A stretch of DNA of 64,000 nucleotides from an uncultured Candidatus Saccharibacteria bacterium (GCA_964361095.1 CAYHZA010000002.1:49594-113593); one strand, 5' to 3'. Counted from the stretch's first letter, positions 20,458 through 27,812 are shown. The notes: a model not told the origin generated them from the letters alone. Made by a program: numbers and translations.

Positions 20458-21045
20458 TCAGGATGGTGATGGTGGATGCGCTTCTGTTTTCTTTATTGCT
20501 ATCTCCTTCTCGCGGTAGGCGATCACGCCGGCTTTGACTTCTTCAAGATAAGGCGAGATCCCTTTCTGGAGTCGAGGGTCTGCGAAGAGTCCCCACGGAG
20601 AGTCGCCTATTGTGAACTTCCGCAGATGATCATCGAGTTCCTCGAGGGGAATGTAGTTGCTCATGCGATCCCCTCTTTGATTGTTCCAGAAGAGGAAAAC
20701 AGTGTTGGTTGCGAGAGCCTCCAACACAGGGTCTCGGTGAATATTGCGTCCCGGCAATTTGTCGAAATTTGTGTCGGGGCAACTCCACATTTCAAGACCG
20801 GTCCTCATCTTTATCGTCGCATCGAGATAGGGGCTGACCATCTCGACCGTCACCTTCTCAATCTCGACCGAACCTTGCTCCTGGGTCGTAGACGCGTGCG
20901 TGATCGTCACTGGAGCCAGCGTGTTGGCAGCCGCTTCCTCGATTATCAGAGGAGGCGGCTCCTTTATGGTGGGGAGAATTTCGATTGCAAACACACCGAG
21001 TGTGACGATCGAAATGAGTCCCCAGAGAAAAAATCTGATTCTCAT
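20458..21045 (-). CDS. hypothetical secreted/membrane-anchored protein
   Basis: N-terminal TM 'FFLWGLISIVTLGVFAIEIL'. 195 aa with no known domain. Confidence 0.45.
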   Translation of the reverse strand: MRIRFFLWGLISIVTLGVFAIEILPTIKEPPPLIIEEAAANTLAPVTITHASTTQEQGSVEIEKVTVEMVSPYLDATIKMRTGLEMWSCPDTNFDKLPGRNIHRDPVLEALATNTVFLFWNNQRGDRMSNYIPLEELDDHLRKFTIGDSPWGLFADPRLQKGISPYLEEVKAGVIAYREKEIAIKKTEAHPPSPS

Positions 21046-21054
21046 CGTCTTCTC

Positions 21055-21615
21055 CTACTTGGGGATAGTCCCGCAGTCCATGCAGGTCAGATCAACGAAG
21101 CAGTAGTTAGGTAGTCCTGGTAGCTTCGTTCCGCAACTCCCGCCAGGACACGGCTGACCCCATGTGCAACTCCCGCCAGTATCGTAGACTGGAGTCCTAA
21201 GAGAGAGATTCGTCGTACCATCGAAGTCGCCGACGAAGAGGTCCGTCATGTCTTTCTTCGTCTGCATGGTGAGCGGAAAATCCGCGAGCGCGGATTCGGC
21301 AATGCGTCTCGCGTTCTCGGGAGTACCGATCGACCCATACATCTCGGCCGCGAGCTTCTCGAGGCGGTCACGTGTATCGGGATTCGAGACATCGGCAAGT
21401 CTCTTGCCGACATCCTGCTTGTCCATCACGACGGGCATGGTGTTCATCGGGAAGTAGAGGACTCCGCCCCCGAGATCGATGGTCGGTCCGATTTCCATCA
21501 CGACACGGTCCTTTTCCTTGGTCTGCTTCGTCTTCGTCGCAGCAAGGGCGGTCGAGGGGACGAATATCGCGAAAAACGCGAGCAAAGCTGCGATCGCAAA
21601 CAGAACGCGCTTCAT
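21055..21615 (-). CDS. hypothetical secreted protein with a Cys-rich C-terminus
   Basis: Signal peptide 'MKRVLFAIAALLAFFAIFVPSTALA', then a C-terminal 'GGSCTWGQPCPGGSCGT...CFVDLTCMDCG' region. Confidence 0.5.
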   Translation of the reverse strand: MKRVLFAIAALLAFFAIFVPSTALAATKTKQTKEKDRVVMEIGPTIDLGGGVLYFPMNTMPVVMDKQDVGKRLADVSNPDTRDRLEKLAAEMYGSIGTPENARRIAESALADFPLTMQTKKDMTDLFVGDFDGTTNLSLRTPVYDTGGSCTWGQPCPGGSCGTKLPGLPNYCFVDLTCMDCGTIPK

Positions 21616-21736
21616 ATCTTTTCCATCCTTTCTGGGCTTAAGCCCACGAGTTGTGGCTCTCTTTGCTTATGCGGAGAGAGCGGTTCTGTAAATACACTAA
21701 CCCCTAAACGGTTAAATTGTCAACCTCTTGTAATAG

Positions 21737-21836
21737 TGGGCACTGGGGGGATCGAACCCTCGGCCTACTCGGTGTCCCGCACAAAGTGGACGGTGCAGGG
21801 ATTGAACCTGCGGCCCCCTCGGTGTCCCGCTCTGTG
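21737..21836 (-). repeat. two tandem degenerate copies of a tRNA 3' half (anticodon-arm-like, variable, T-arm, acceptor 3' strand), most similar to tRNA-Val
   Basis: Minus-strand units GACACCGAGGGGGCCGCAGGTTCAATCCCTGCACCGTCCA and GACACCGAGTAGGCCGAGGGTTCGATCCCCCCAGTGCCCA compare with tRNA-Val ACACCGAGTAGGCCGCTGGTTCGATCCCAGCATTGCCCA. Neither unit has a D-arm or a 5' acceptor strand. Confidence 0.55.
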
Positions 21837-21937
21837 CGGGATTGCGGTTTGTTCCTAAAAATTCTACGTGCACTCGAATTTTTAGACAAACCGGGAATAA
21901 ACGAGGTGCTCTGCATCACCCCATTACATTTGGGCAG

Positions 21938-22009
21938 TGGGCAATGCTGGGATCGAACCAGCGGCCTACTCGGTGTAAACGAGTCGCTCTACCACTGAGC
22001 TAATTGCCC
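21938..22009 (-). tRNA. tRNA-Val(TAC)
   Basis: Reverse complement GGGCAAT-TA-GCTC-AGTGGTA-GAGC-G-ACTCG-TTTACAC-CGAGT-AGGCC-GCTGG-TTCGATC-CCAGC-ATTGCCC-A. Flanked by a 13-bp inverted repeat, ccccattacattt / aaatgtaatgggg. Confidence 0.8.
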
Positions 22010-22061
22010 AAATGTAATGGGGCAGGCTGTCTGCCCGCCAAAACCCTGTCGTCGGCGGGAG

Positions 22062-22316
22062 CTAGCCGTCCACTTTAAGCGGGATTGAGATTTTTGCTGT
22101 TTCGGTGGCGCCCATCTTTCGCGCCGAAAAGAGCGTTATCAATACTCCCACAAAGTTTATCAAAAATCCAACGAAGATAATTCCGTGATTCCACGTTAAA
22201 AGCCCCTCGGGCGTTTCGATGCCGATATTCAAGTGGTGCAAAATATCAAGCACAATGCCAACCGCTTCAATAAGCGTTCCGAGAAGACTTATTTTGATTC
22301 CGATTTTGAAGTTCAT
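22062..22316 (-). CDS. hypothetical small membrane protein (84 aa, two TM helices)
   Basis: Hydrophobic helices 'ISLLGTLIEAVGIVLDILH' and 'GIIFVGFLINFVGVLITLF'. Lies between two tRNA genes. Confidence 0.4.
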   Translation of the reverse strand: MNFKIGIKISLLGTLIEAVGIVLDILHHLNIGIETPEGLLTWNHGIIFVGFLINFVGVLITLFSARKMGATETAKISIPLKVDG

Positions 22317-22353
22317 TGTTCAATTGTACCAAAACTGATTGTTTTTTCCTTTC

Positions 22354-22428
<75 letters not shown>

Positions 22429-22506
22429 GAATCGGATTGATTCTAATCTAAAAGTGGGATAATTTAAAGCACTTGCCACTCAACAGGTGTAGTGTATAAT
22501 TAGATT

Positions 22507-22920
22507 ATGAAATATAATCTTCGCCAAATTGTCGGATCTACTATTTGGTGGACGGAAGGCACTAAGACGTATAAGGACAAAAGATGGAAAAATGTCTGGG
22601 TTTACAATGTGGATGTCACAAACACAAATCCCAAAATTATTAATGCATTCTTATCTTTCTTGAGAAAAGATATAGGCATCGAAGAACCAAGACTCAAACT
22701 CCAATTACAGATTCACGAAGGTGACGACAAGGAGAAGTTTGAGATGTATTGGTCTAAAGAAACTGCCATTCCAAGAAGTCGTTTCACCAAAACAATTATC
22801 CGACCAACGGGCAACAAGATAGGCAAAAGCCGAGGCACTTGTAAGGTAAGGTATTCCGACAAAATGACATACAACAAGATCAAGGATTTGTCAGAGAGAA
22901 TATTAAGCGGTATAAAGTAA
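22507..22920 (+). CDS. hypothetical AT-rich orphan protein (137 aa)
   Basis: Lys/Asn-rich ORF with low GC, wedged between tRNA-Arg and tRNA-Pro. Confidence 0.4.
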   Translation: MKYNLRQIVGSTIWWTEGTKTYKDKRWKNVWVYNVDVTNTNPKIINAFLSFLRKDIGIEEPRLKLQLQIHEGDDKEKFEMYWSKETAIPRSRFTKTIIRPTGNKIGKSRGTCKVRYSDKMTYNKIKDLSERILSGIK

Positions 22921-22930
22921 GGAATTACTT

Positions 22931-23004
22931 CGGGCTGTAGTGTATCGGTTGCACGAGTCCTTTGGGAGGATTTAGGCTGGGTTCGACTCCCAGCAGCCCG
23001 ACCA
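22931..23004 (+). tRNA. tRNA-Pro(TGG), CCA encoded
   Basis: CGGGCTG-TA-GTGT...-AGTCC-TTTGGGA-GGATT-TAGG-CTGGG-TTCGACT-CCCAG-CAGCCCG-A-CCA. Anticodon is UGG. Confidence 0.75.
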
Positions 23005-23435
23005 TGATAAAAGGAGTAGATTACATCGGAGTGTACGTTGTTTTCTTCTGTCACGACGGCAAGGGAAACTTTGTGATGGCAAAACGGAGCGCTCTCGCGC
23101 GAGATGAACAGGGGAGATGGGACATCGGCGGCGGGGGACTTGAGCACGGGCAGACGGCAGAAGAGACGCTCAAAAAAGAAATTCAAGAAGAGTATGGCAC
23201 GCAAGCAATTTCGTATGAGTTCTTAGGTTTTCGTGATGTGCATCGAGAACAGGACGAAAAGCGAACTCACTGGATTGCGCTTGATTTTAAAGTGCTTGTG
23301 GATCCTTTGAGTGTAAGACTAAATGAGCCTCATAAATTTGATGGGCTCTCATGGTTTACGCTCAGCAATATTCCTGAAAATTCTCATTCACAGTTTTCGG
23401 TTTTTTTAGAAAAATACCGCGAGCGACTTTCTTGA
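23004..23435 (+). CDS. Nudix hydrolase
   Basis: Nudix box 'GGGGLEHGQTAEETLKKEIQEEYG' (GX5EX7REUXEEXGU). The likely start ATG overlaps the terminal A of the tRNA-Pro CCA. The ORF-track start at 22962 lies inside the tRNA. Confidence 0.7.
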   Translation: MIKGVDYIGVYVVFFCHDGKGNFVMAKRSALARDEQGRWDIGGGGLEHGQTAEETLKKEIQEEYGTQAISYEFLGFRDVHREQDEKRTHWIALDFKVLVDPLSVRLNEPHKFDGLSWFTLSNIPENSHSQFSVFLEKYRERLS

Positions 23436-23474
23436 AGAAGATAGGGAATTTATGTACACTAAGTCCGGTCATTT

Positions 23475-23546
23475 GCCGCGGTAGCTCAGTGGCAGAGCGC
23501 GGCCCTGAAGAGGCCGGCGTCGGGTGTTCGATTCACCCCCGCGGCA
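23475..23546 (+). tRNA. tRNA-Phe(GAA)
   Basis: GCCGCGG-TA-GCTC-AGTGGCA-GAGC-G-CGGCC-CTGAAGA-GGCCG-GCGTC-GGGTG-TTCGATT-CACCC-CCGCGGC-A. Confidence 0.85.
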
Positions 23547-23570
23547 CATCAGAACGCAAGCGTCGTGACA

Positions 23571-23899
23571 TGGAGAAGCACCGAATCCATCGGTGTTTTT
23601 TTCATCTCTTCGATCGGTTCGTCCGACCGAGCCCCGGGGGGAATCGAAAACCCTCATGTAGTTATGGCTGTTCCGCGGGATGCAGACCGCTCCGTCTTCG
23701 GCTTCCGAAGATTCCGATCTGGGTCATGTAGGCCAGAATCGGCACGGCGCAGGGTACGCAGAGTTCAGCTTCGGCACTCGTTCCATACTCGACGAGCGTC
23801 GTCTGATCGTACATCCCGAACTCTATGCCACAACCACTACACAAACCTTCAATCATGGCGTTGTGATGTGATGAGTGTTTTCGACCTTTCGAAGATCAT
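23571..23899. repeat. 329-bp direct repeat, copy 1 (the same 329 bp recur at 24847..25175)
   Basis: All overlapping ORF-track translations are residue-for-residue identical between the copies. These include a 106-aa plus frame and the 64-aa and 63-aa small ORFs. Copy 1 starts 24 bp after the tRNA-Phe 3' end. Confidence 0.85.
23662..23856 (-). CDS. candidate small Cys4 zinc-ribbon protein encoded inside the repeat (second copy at 24938..25132)
   Basis: 64 aa 'MIEGLCSGCGIEFG...AELCVPCAVP' with CxxC-x22-CxxC spacing. No clear RBS, and the alternative antisense ORFs are Arg/Ser-rich, so coding status is uncertain. Confidence 0.3.
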   Translation of the reverse strand: MIEGLCSGCGIEFGMYDQTTLVEYGTSAEAELCVPCAVPILAYMTQIGIFGSRRRSGLHPAEQP

Positions 23900-24039
23900 G
23901 ATGGATCGAGAAAGGTGGTTGCGGTAGGAGGGAGATTCTGCCGGAGACGGCAAAGTAGCACGCCTTTACAACCCAAAGGAAGCTCGTTCAAAAAACGCCG
24001 GCTCTATCGCCGGTGTCTCAGGTTTAAGTCTCACGCGGG

Positions 24040-24267
24040 TTACGAATATTTTATTCCTGCACCGAACTCGTTCATGGCCATCACAACAGCGCGGGCAGTT
24101 TCTCGCTTCAGACGGTTTTTCCTCGGGATCATGGTCACGAAATGACCATCGGTCGTCTTCACCTTACAGTGCTTTCTTCCCTCGTAAATCTGAAAGCCAG
24201 CTCGCTTCGCGATCCGTTGGAGTTCTTCATACGAGCAATCGGCAGTCTTAACGTGGAGCTCCCGCAC
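24040..24267 (-). CDS. hicA: HicA-family mRNA interferase toxin
   Basis: 'GFQIYEGRKHCKVKTTDGHFVTMIPRKNRLKRETARAVVMAMNEFG' matches the HicA/YcfA-like pattern G.......GSH......G..VT.IP.......GT.RAIL. Confidence 0.65.
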   Translation of the reverse strand: MRELHVKTADCSYEELQRIAKRAGFQIYEGRKHCKVKTTDGHFVTMIPRKNRLKRETARAVVMAMNEFGAGIKYS

Positions 24268-24595
24268 GAGGGATGAGAAGTGTTAGTTTCTGGTCACGGC
24301 TCGGTGCGGGATAGGCATCCAAATGTTGAGCCGTCTCGACGGTTGGCAAGTAGGTAGGAACATAGGAAATGTACCTCTCGGGCACCTCAAGAAAAGTGCG
24401 CGCTGCATCATTGATCATCTCGATGAGTTCGGAGAAGGAATCAGCTTCGGTTCGACAACCGGCGAAGACTAGAATCTCTGCGCAGAAGCCCCCATCCTCG
24501 GATCGTTGCACCTGCACGGTGATTTCATGAGGAAACAAGGCGCGCAGCTTGCGGATTTCTTTTTTGTCTTTTTCTGTAAGTTTCTTTGCTCTCAT
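24248..24595 (-). CDS. hicB: HicB-family antitoxin (RNase-H-like fold N-domain)
   Basis: 'VQRSEDGGFCAEILVFAGCRTEADSFSELIEMINDAARTFLE' matches the HicB signature EDGG(Y/F)...P.LPGC.T.GDT.EEA. The gene overlaps hicA by 20 nt. Confidence 0.6.
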   Translation of the reverse strand: MRAKKLTEKDKKEIRKLRALFPHEITVQVQRSEDGGFCAEILVFAGCRTEADSFSELIEMINDAARTFLEVPERYISYVPTYLPTVETAQHLDAYPAPSRDQKLTLLIPRAGAPR

Positions 24596-24791
24596 ATTTT
24601 CATCGTACGCAAGAACAGCGGAAAGTCAATGTGCAAGCAAAGAACTCTGACTCACGCGGCAGCTATGCCCTCCTTTCCACCTTCGCCCGCTATGGTCCTA
24701 TGAGTTTTCAGCCTTGGGACCCTGGGACGCCCAGTATTTTCGGGACCTCGTTTGCCGTAAACCATGCGAGGAGATTCTCCAAAAGCTCCGT

Positions 24792-24826
24792 CAATGTTCG
24801 AGGTGTCCCACGATACGCGGCACCAC
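24792..24826 (+). repeat. 35-bp degenerate mimic of the tRNA-Phe 3' end (copy 1; copy 2 at 25984..26018)
   Basis: 'caatgttcgaggtgtcccacgatacgcggcaccac' is identical in both copies and shares 'tgttcga' and 'gcggcac' with the tRNA-Phe 3' end (gtgttcgattcacccccgcggcaca). Each copy is followed within about 20 bp by the 329-bp module or by the array end. Confidence 0.6.
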
Positions 24827-24846
24827 CTCGAACACGCTCGCTGTGG

Positions 24847-25175
24847 TGGAGAAGCACCGAATCCATCGGTGTTTTTTTCATCTCTTCGATCGGTTCGTCC
24901 GACCGAGCCCCGGGGGGAATCGAAAACCCTCATGTAGTTATGGCTGTTCCGCGGGATGCAGACCGCTCCGTCTTCGGCTTCCGAAGATTCCGATCTGGGT
25001 CATGTAGGCCAGAATCGGCACGGCGCAGGGTACGCAGAGTTCAGCTTCGGCACTCGTTCCATACTCGACGAGCGTCGTCTGATCGTACATCCCGAACTCT
25101 ATGCCACAACCACTACACAAACCTTCAATCATGGCGTTGTGATGTGATGAGTGTTTTCGACCTTTCGAAGATCAT
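24847..25175. repeat. 329-bp direct repeat, copy 2
   Basis: See copy 1. Begins 20 bp after tRNA-Phe mimic 1. Confidence 0.85.
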
Positions 25176-25272
25176 CATCGGGCAAGAACATCATCTGCGG
25201 TAGGAGGCTTAATTTGCCTTATTGGTAACAATTGACAGCCTTAGTCCCTTCTCGTAGGATTAAAGAATTACT

Positions 25273-25482
25273 ATGGTTAATGTAAACAATATCGATTTGA
25301 GAAAGATTAGCCAGGATCTTCGTAGCTTCGAGAATCAGTGGGTAGCGATTACCGAAGATACTCGCATCGTGGCATCCGGCCCTACCTATGGCGAAACCGT
25401 GCGCCAAGTGAAAGAGGGCAGCGACGTTGTCCTGCTTAAGGTACCATCCTTCGACGCTTCCCTCGCTCCTGTGGAGGCATGA
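25273..25482 (+). CDS. DUF5678-like small protein (69 aa)
   Basis: 'NQWVAITEDTRIVASGPTYGETVRQVK' resembles the DUF5678 core that typically precedes retropepsin-like proteases. Its stop overlaps the next gene's start (ATGA). Confidence 0.45.
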   Translation: MVNVNNIDLRKISQDLRSFENQWVAITEDTRIVASGPTYGETVRQVKEGSDVVLLKVPSFDASLAPVEA

Positions 25483-25898
25483 AGTTTGAGTATCAAAAAT
25501 TTATCCTCGGTAGTCACGACCCTCGAAAGCCGCTGGTGGCACGGCCGCTCATACCGGTCTCGCTCCATGGGAATGGAATGAAAACCCGGAGTCCCTATTT
25601 TGCTCTCCTTGATTCCGGAGCGGATCGAGTTATCTTCCCGGCCGATCTTGCCGCAGAGGTTGGTATCCCGGACATCGAGAAAGGAGAGCTCGAACCTGCG
25701 GTTGGTATCGCTGGCCAACGGGCCGATGTCTACTATCATAACCTTGCGCTTCAAGTTCTTGGGGACACACGGGTCCTTCCCACGGCCGTGGGATTCTCCC
25801 GGACAGTGTCATTGCCTATTCTCGGTCGGTCGTTTTTCAAGCATTTCAAAGTAGTTACCTTCTCAGAATCCAAGGAGGAAGTAGAGCTCAAGAATTAA
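25479..25898 (+). CDS. retropepsin-like (clan AA) aspartic protease
   Basis: Catalytic 'ALLDSGADRVIFPADLAAEVGI' (D-S-G-A motif) in a 139-aa protein. Confidence 0.6.
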   Translation: MKFEYQKFILGSHDPRKPLVARPLIPVSLHGNGMKTRSPYFALLDSGADRVIFPADLAAEVGIPDIEKGELEPAVGIAGQRADVYYHNLALQVLGDTRVLPTAVGFSRTVSLPILGRSFFKHFKVVTFSESKEEVELKN

Positions 25899-26022
25899 GA
25901 GGATGCACGGTATATTGTAACCACTACTGCGACTTCTGCGGATTCCCCACAATCCACTTCACGAGTTCCCTCAAAAGCCGATCCAATGTTCGAGGTGTCC
26001 CACGATACGCGGCACCACAACT

Positions 26023-26048
26023 AAAAAACAGCCGACTGGCTGTTTTTT
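26023..26048. terminator. bidirectional terminator (rpsA on minus; end of the cassette array)
   Basis: AAAAAA-cagcc-gact-ggctg-TTTTTT. Confidence 0.6.
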
Positions 26049-26054
26049 AGTTAC

Positions 26055-27158
26055 CTATTTCTTGAGCTTCAGGATCAATCGTTTCTCTTCCGGCCGTATC
26101 GAGTCGATGATGAACGTATAAGTTTGACCGGCGATAAGCGCTTTTTTCATTTCTTCGATGCCTCCGAATTCGGATACGTGGATGATTCCTTGAAGACCGT
26201 CTTGGAGATTCACAACACTCCCGAAGGGATTAAACTTGTACACCTCTCCTTTAACTTCCTGACCCGCCTTGTAGATGTCTTGGACGGTATTCCATGGATC
26301 GGTTTGAAGCGCCTTCAACGAGAGAAAAACGCGTCCCTCGCGAATGTCGATGATTTTAACCTTCAACACTTCATTTATTTTTACTACTTCTTTGGGGTTT
26401 GAGATAAGGCGGTGATTGAGCTCCGAAACATGCACCATACCTTCGATTTGCGGGTTGTCGACGAATCGGACGAAAACGCCGAAGTCGGCGATTCCCGAAA
26501 CCATAACGTCAACTTCTTGGCCTACCTGATACTGCGTAAGAAGTTCTTTGATGTTCGGGGCGAGGATCTCTCGTTCGGAGACGATAAGTTTTTTCGTACG
26601 CGGATTTACGTCAATGATTTTTACGCTCAACTCCTCCCCGATGAATTTTTTGAGCTCGTCGGTAAGTTTTTGCCGGTCATTTTGGTCGATCTTCGGATAG
26701 TGATCGTTTGAAAGGCGGGAGACGGGCAAAAATGCCTTAAGATCGATAATAGTAGTCATAAGTCCGCCCGAGTTCGCGCCAACGATCTTTACCTTGATAA
26801 CCTCGCCGGATTCTTGGAGTTCTTTTATCTGTTGCCAAAGGCGCTGTTGGTCGGCCTCGGTCAAAGAGAGCTCGACATACCCGTCGTCATTTTCGAGGCA
26901 TACCACCTTCGCGGCGATACGTCCCCCGATCTCCAGCTTCTTTACGAGCTCCCGCGCGTTCAAAAGTTCCTGACCATAGACAACTCCGGTGCCATACGGA
27001 CCGAGATCAAAAAAAGCCGTTCGCGGAGCCTTGCGAATGAGTTCGGCTTCCACGACGTCGCCCTCTCTTACGTAGGAGTCGTCCCGAAGGCGCTCCTTCA
27101 AGATCTGGGCAAAAGGAGGAAGAATGGGCGTTTTTATATTGGGAATATCGTTTGGCAT
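26055..27158 (-). CDS. rpsA: 30S ribosomal protein S1-like protein (four S1 domains)
   Basis: 367 aa with repeated S1-fold motifs ('GDVVEAELIRKAPRTAFFDLGPYGTGVVYGQEL', 'VGQEVDVMVSGIADFGVFVRF...EGMVHVSEL'). Confidence 0.75.
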   Translation of the reverse strand: MPNDIPNIKTPILPPFAQILKERLRDDSYVREGDVVEAELIRKAPRTAFFDLGPYGTGVVYGQELLNARELVKKLEIGGRIAAKVVCLENDDGYVELSLTEADQQRLWQQIKELQESGEVIKVKIVGANSGGLMTTIIDLKAFLPVSRLSNDHYPKIDQNDRQKLTDELKKFIGEELSVKIIDVNPRTKKLIVSEREILAPNIKELLTQYQVGQEVDVMVSGIADFGVFVRFVDNPQIEGMVHVSELNHRLISNPKEVVKINEVLKVKIIDIREGRVFLSLKALQTDPWNTVQDIYKAGQEVKGEVYKFNPFGSVVNLQDGLQGIIHVSEFGGIEEMKKALIAGQTYTFIIDSIRPEEKRLILKLKK

Positions 27159-27189
27159 ACCAAGGGATTATAGGGAAAGAGCTTTTGAA

Positions 27190-27807
27190 ATGCAAATGCG
27201 ACTGGAAATTCCTCAAAATTTCTGGTATCATAGTACTGCCCTAATGATTATCCAGTACTTCGGAGAAGGATGTTTTCGCTTGCAGAGCGGTGATACCGTG
27301 CTTCTTGTCGACCCCGTGAACAATCGACAAAAAGCCGATGTCGTTCTTTCGACGCTCACCTCGACTGCCCTTCCGGATGTCGGGCAAAACGAGATCCGTT
27401 TTCCGGGCGAGTACGAAATGAAGGGAATCGAAGTATGGGGGTTTCCCGTTGCGGCAGAATCCACGGAAAAATTTTTGAAGACGATTTACTTAGTGCATTG
27501 GGAGGGAATGTCCTTTGTCTTTCTCGGGCATCTTTCGAAGGGGATGGAGCCCGAAGCTCTTGAGAAAATGAGCGAATCCGATGTGCTTTTTTTCCCGTTT
27601 GACGGAGAACATTTTTTAACCGCCGAGGCGGCCGCGAAATTAGTGAAGCAACTCGGGCCCCATGTCGCCATTCCCAGCTTTTCCAAGAACCCTTCTGAAA
27701 TCCTCAAGGCCTTTGGACAGAAAATTGCCCCGCAAGAAAAGTTGGTGTTCAAGAAAAAGGATCTCGCGGCGGATCAGGACAAAATCGTTATTTTAGAAAC
27801 AAGCTAA
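27190..27807 (+). CDS. probable MBL-fold metal-dependent hydrolase (start uncertain; could be 27244)
   Basis: 'GEGCFRLQSGDTVLLVDPVN' and 'FLGHLSKG...VLFFPFDGEHFLTAEAA' fit a beta-lactamase-fold hydrolase. The ORF-track start at 27124 overlaps the rpsA 5' end. Confidence 0.45.
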   Translation: MQMRLEIPQNFWYHSTALMIIQYFGEGCFRLQSGDTVLLVDPVNNRQKADVVLSTLTSTALPDVGQNEIRFPGEYEMKGIEVWGFPVAAESTEKFLKTIYLVHWEGMSFVFLGHLSKGMEPEALEKMSESDVLFFPFDGEHFLTAEAAAKLVKQLGPHVAIPSFSKNPSEILKAFGQKIAPQEKLVFKKKDLAADQDKIVILETS

Positions 27808-27812
27808 TCGTT

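Noticed and set aside
21737-21836. Treating the two tRNA-like units as functional tRNA genes (for example tRNA-Leu(CAG)/Sec)
   Set aside because: Neither unit has a D-arm or a 5' acceptor strand that pairs with its 3' end. They look like 3'-half remnants.
23571-25175. CRISPR array
   Set aside because: Only two repeats, each 329 bp, with gene-containing 'spacers', and no cas genes. This is not CRISPR-like.
24586-25203. 205-aa plus-strand ORF running across hicB and the second 329-bp repeat copy (and its 120-aa twin at 23565..23927)
   Set aside because: Arg/Ser/Pro-rich translation typical of a GC-rich non-coding frame. It overlaps hicB antisense and has no RBS. Its identity between the copies simply reflects identical DNA.
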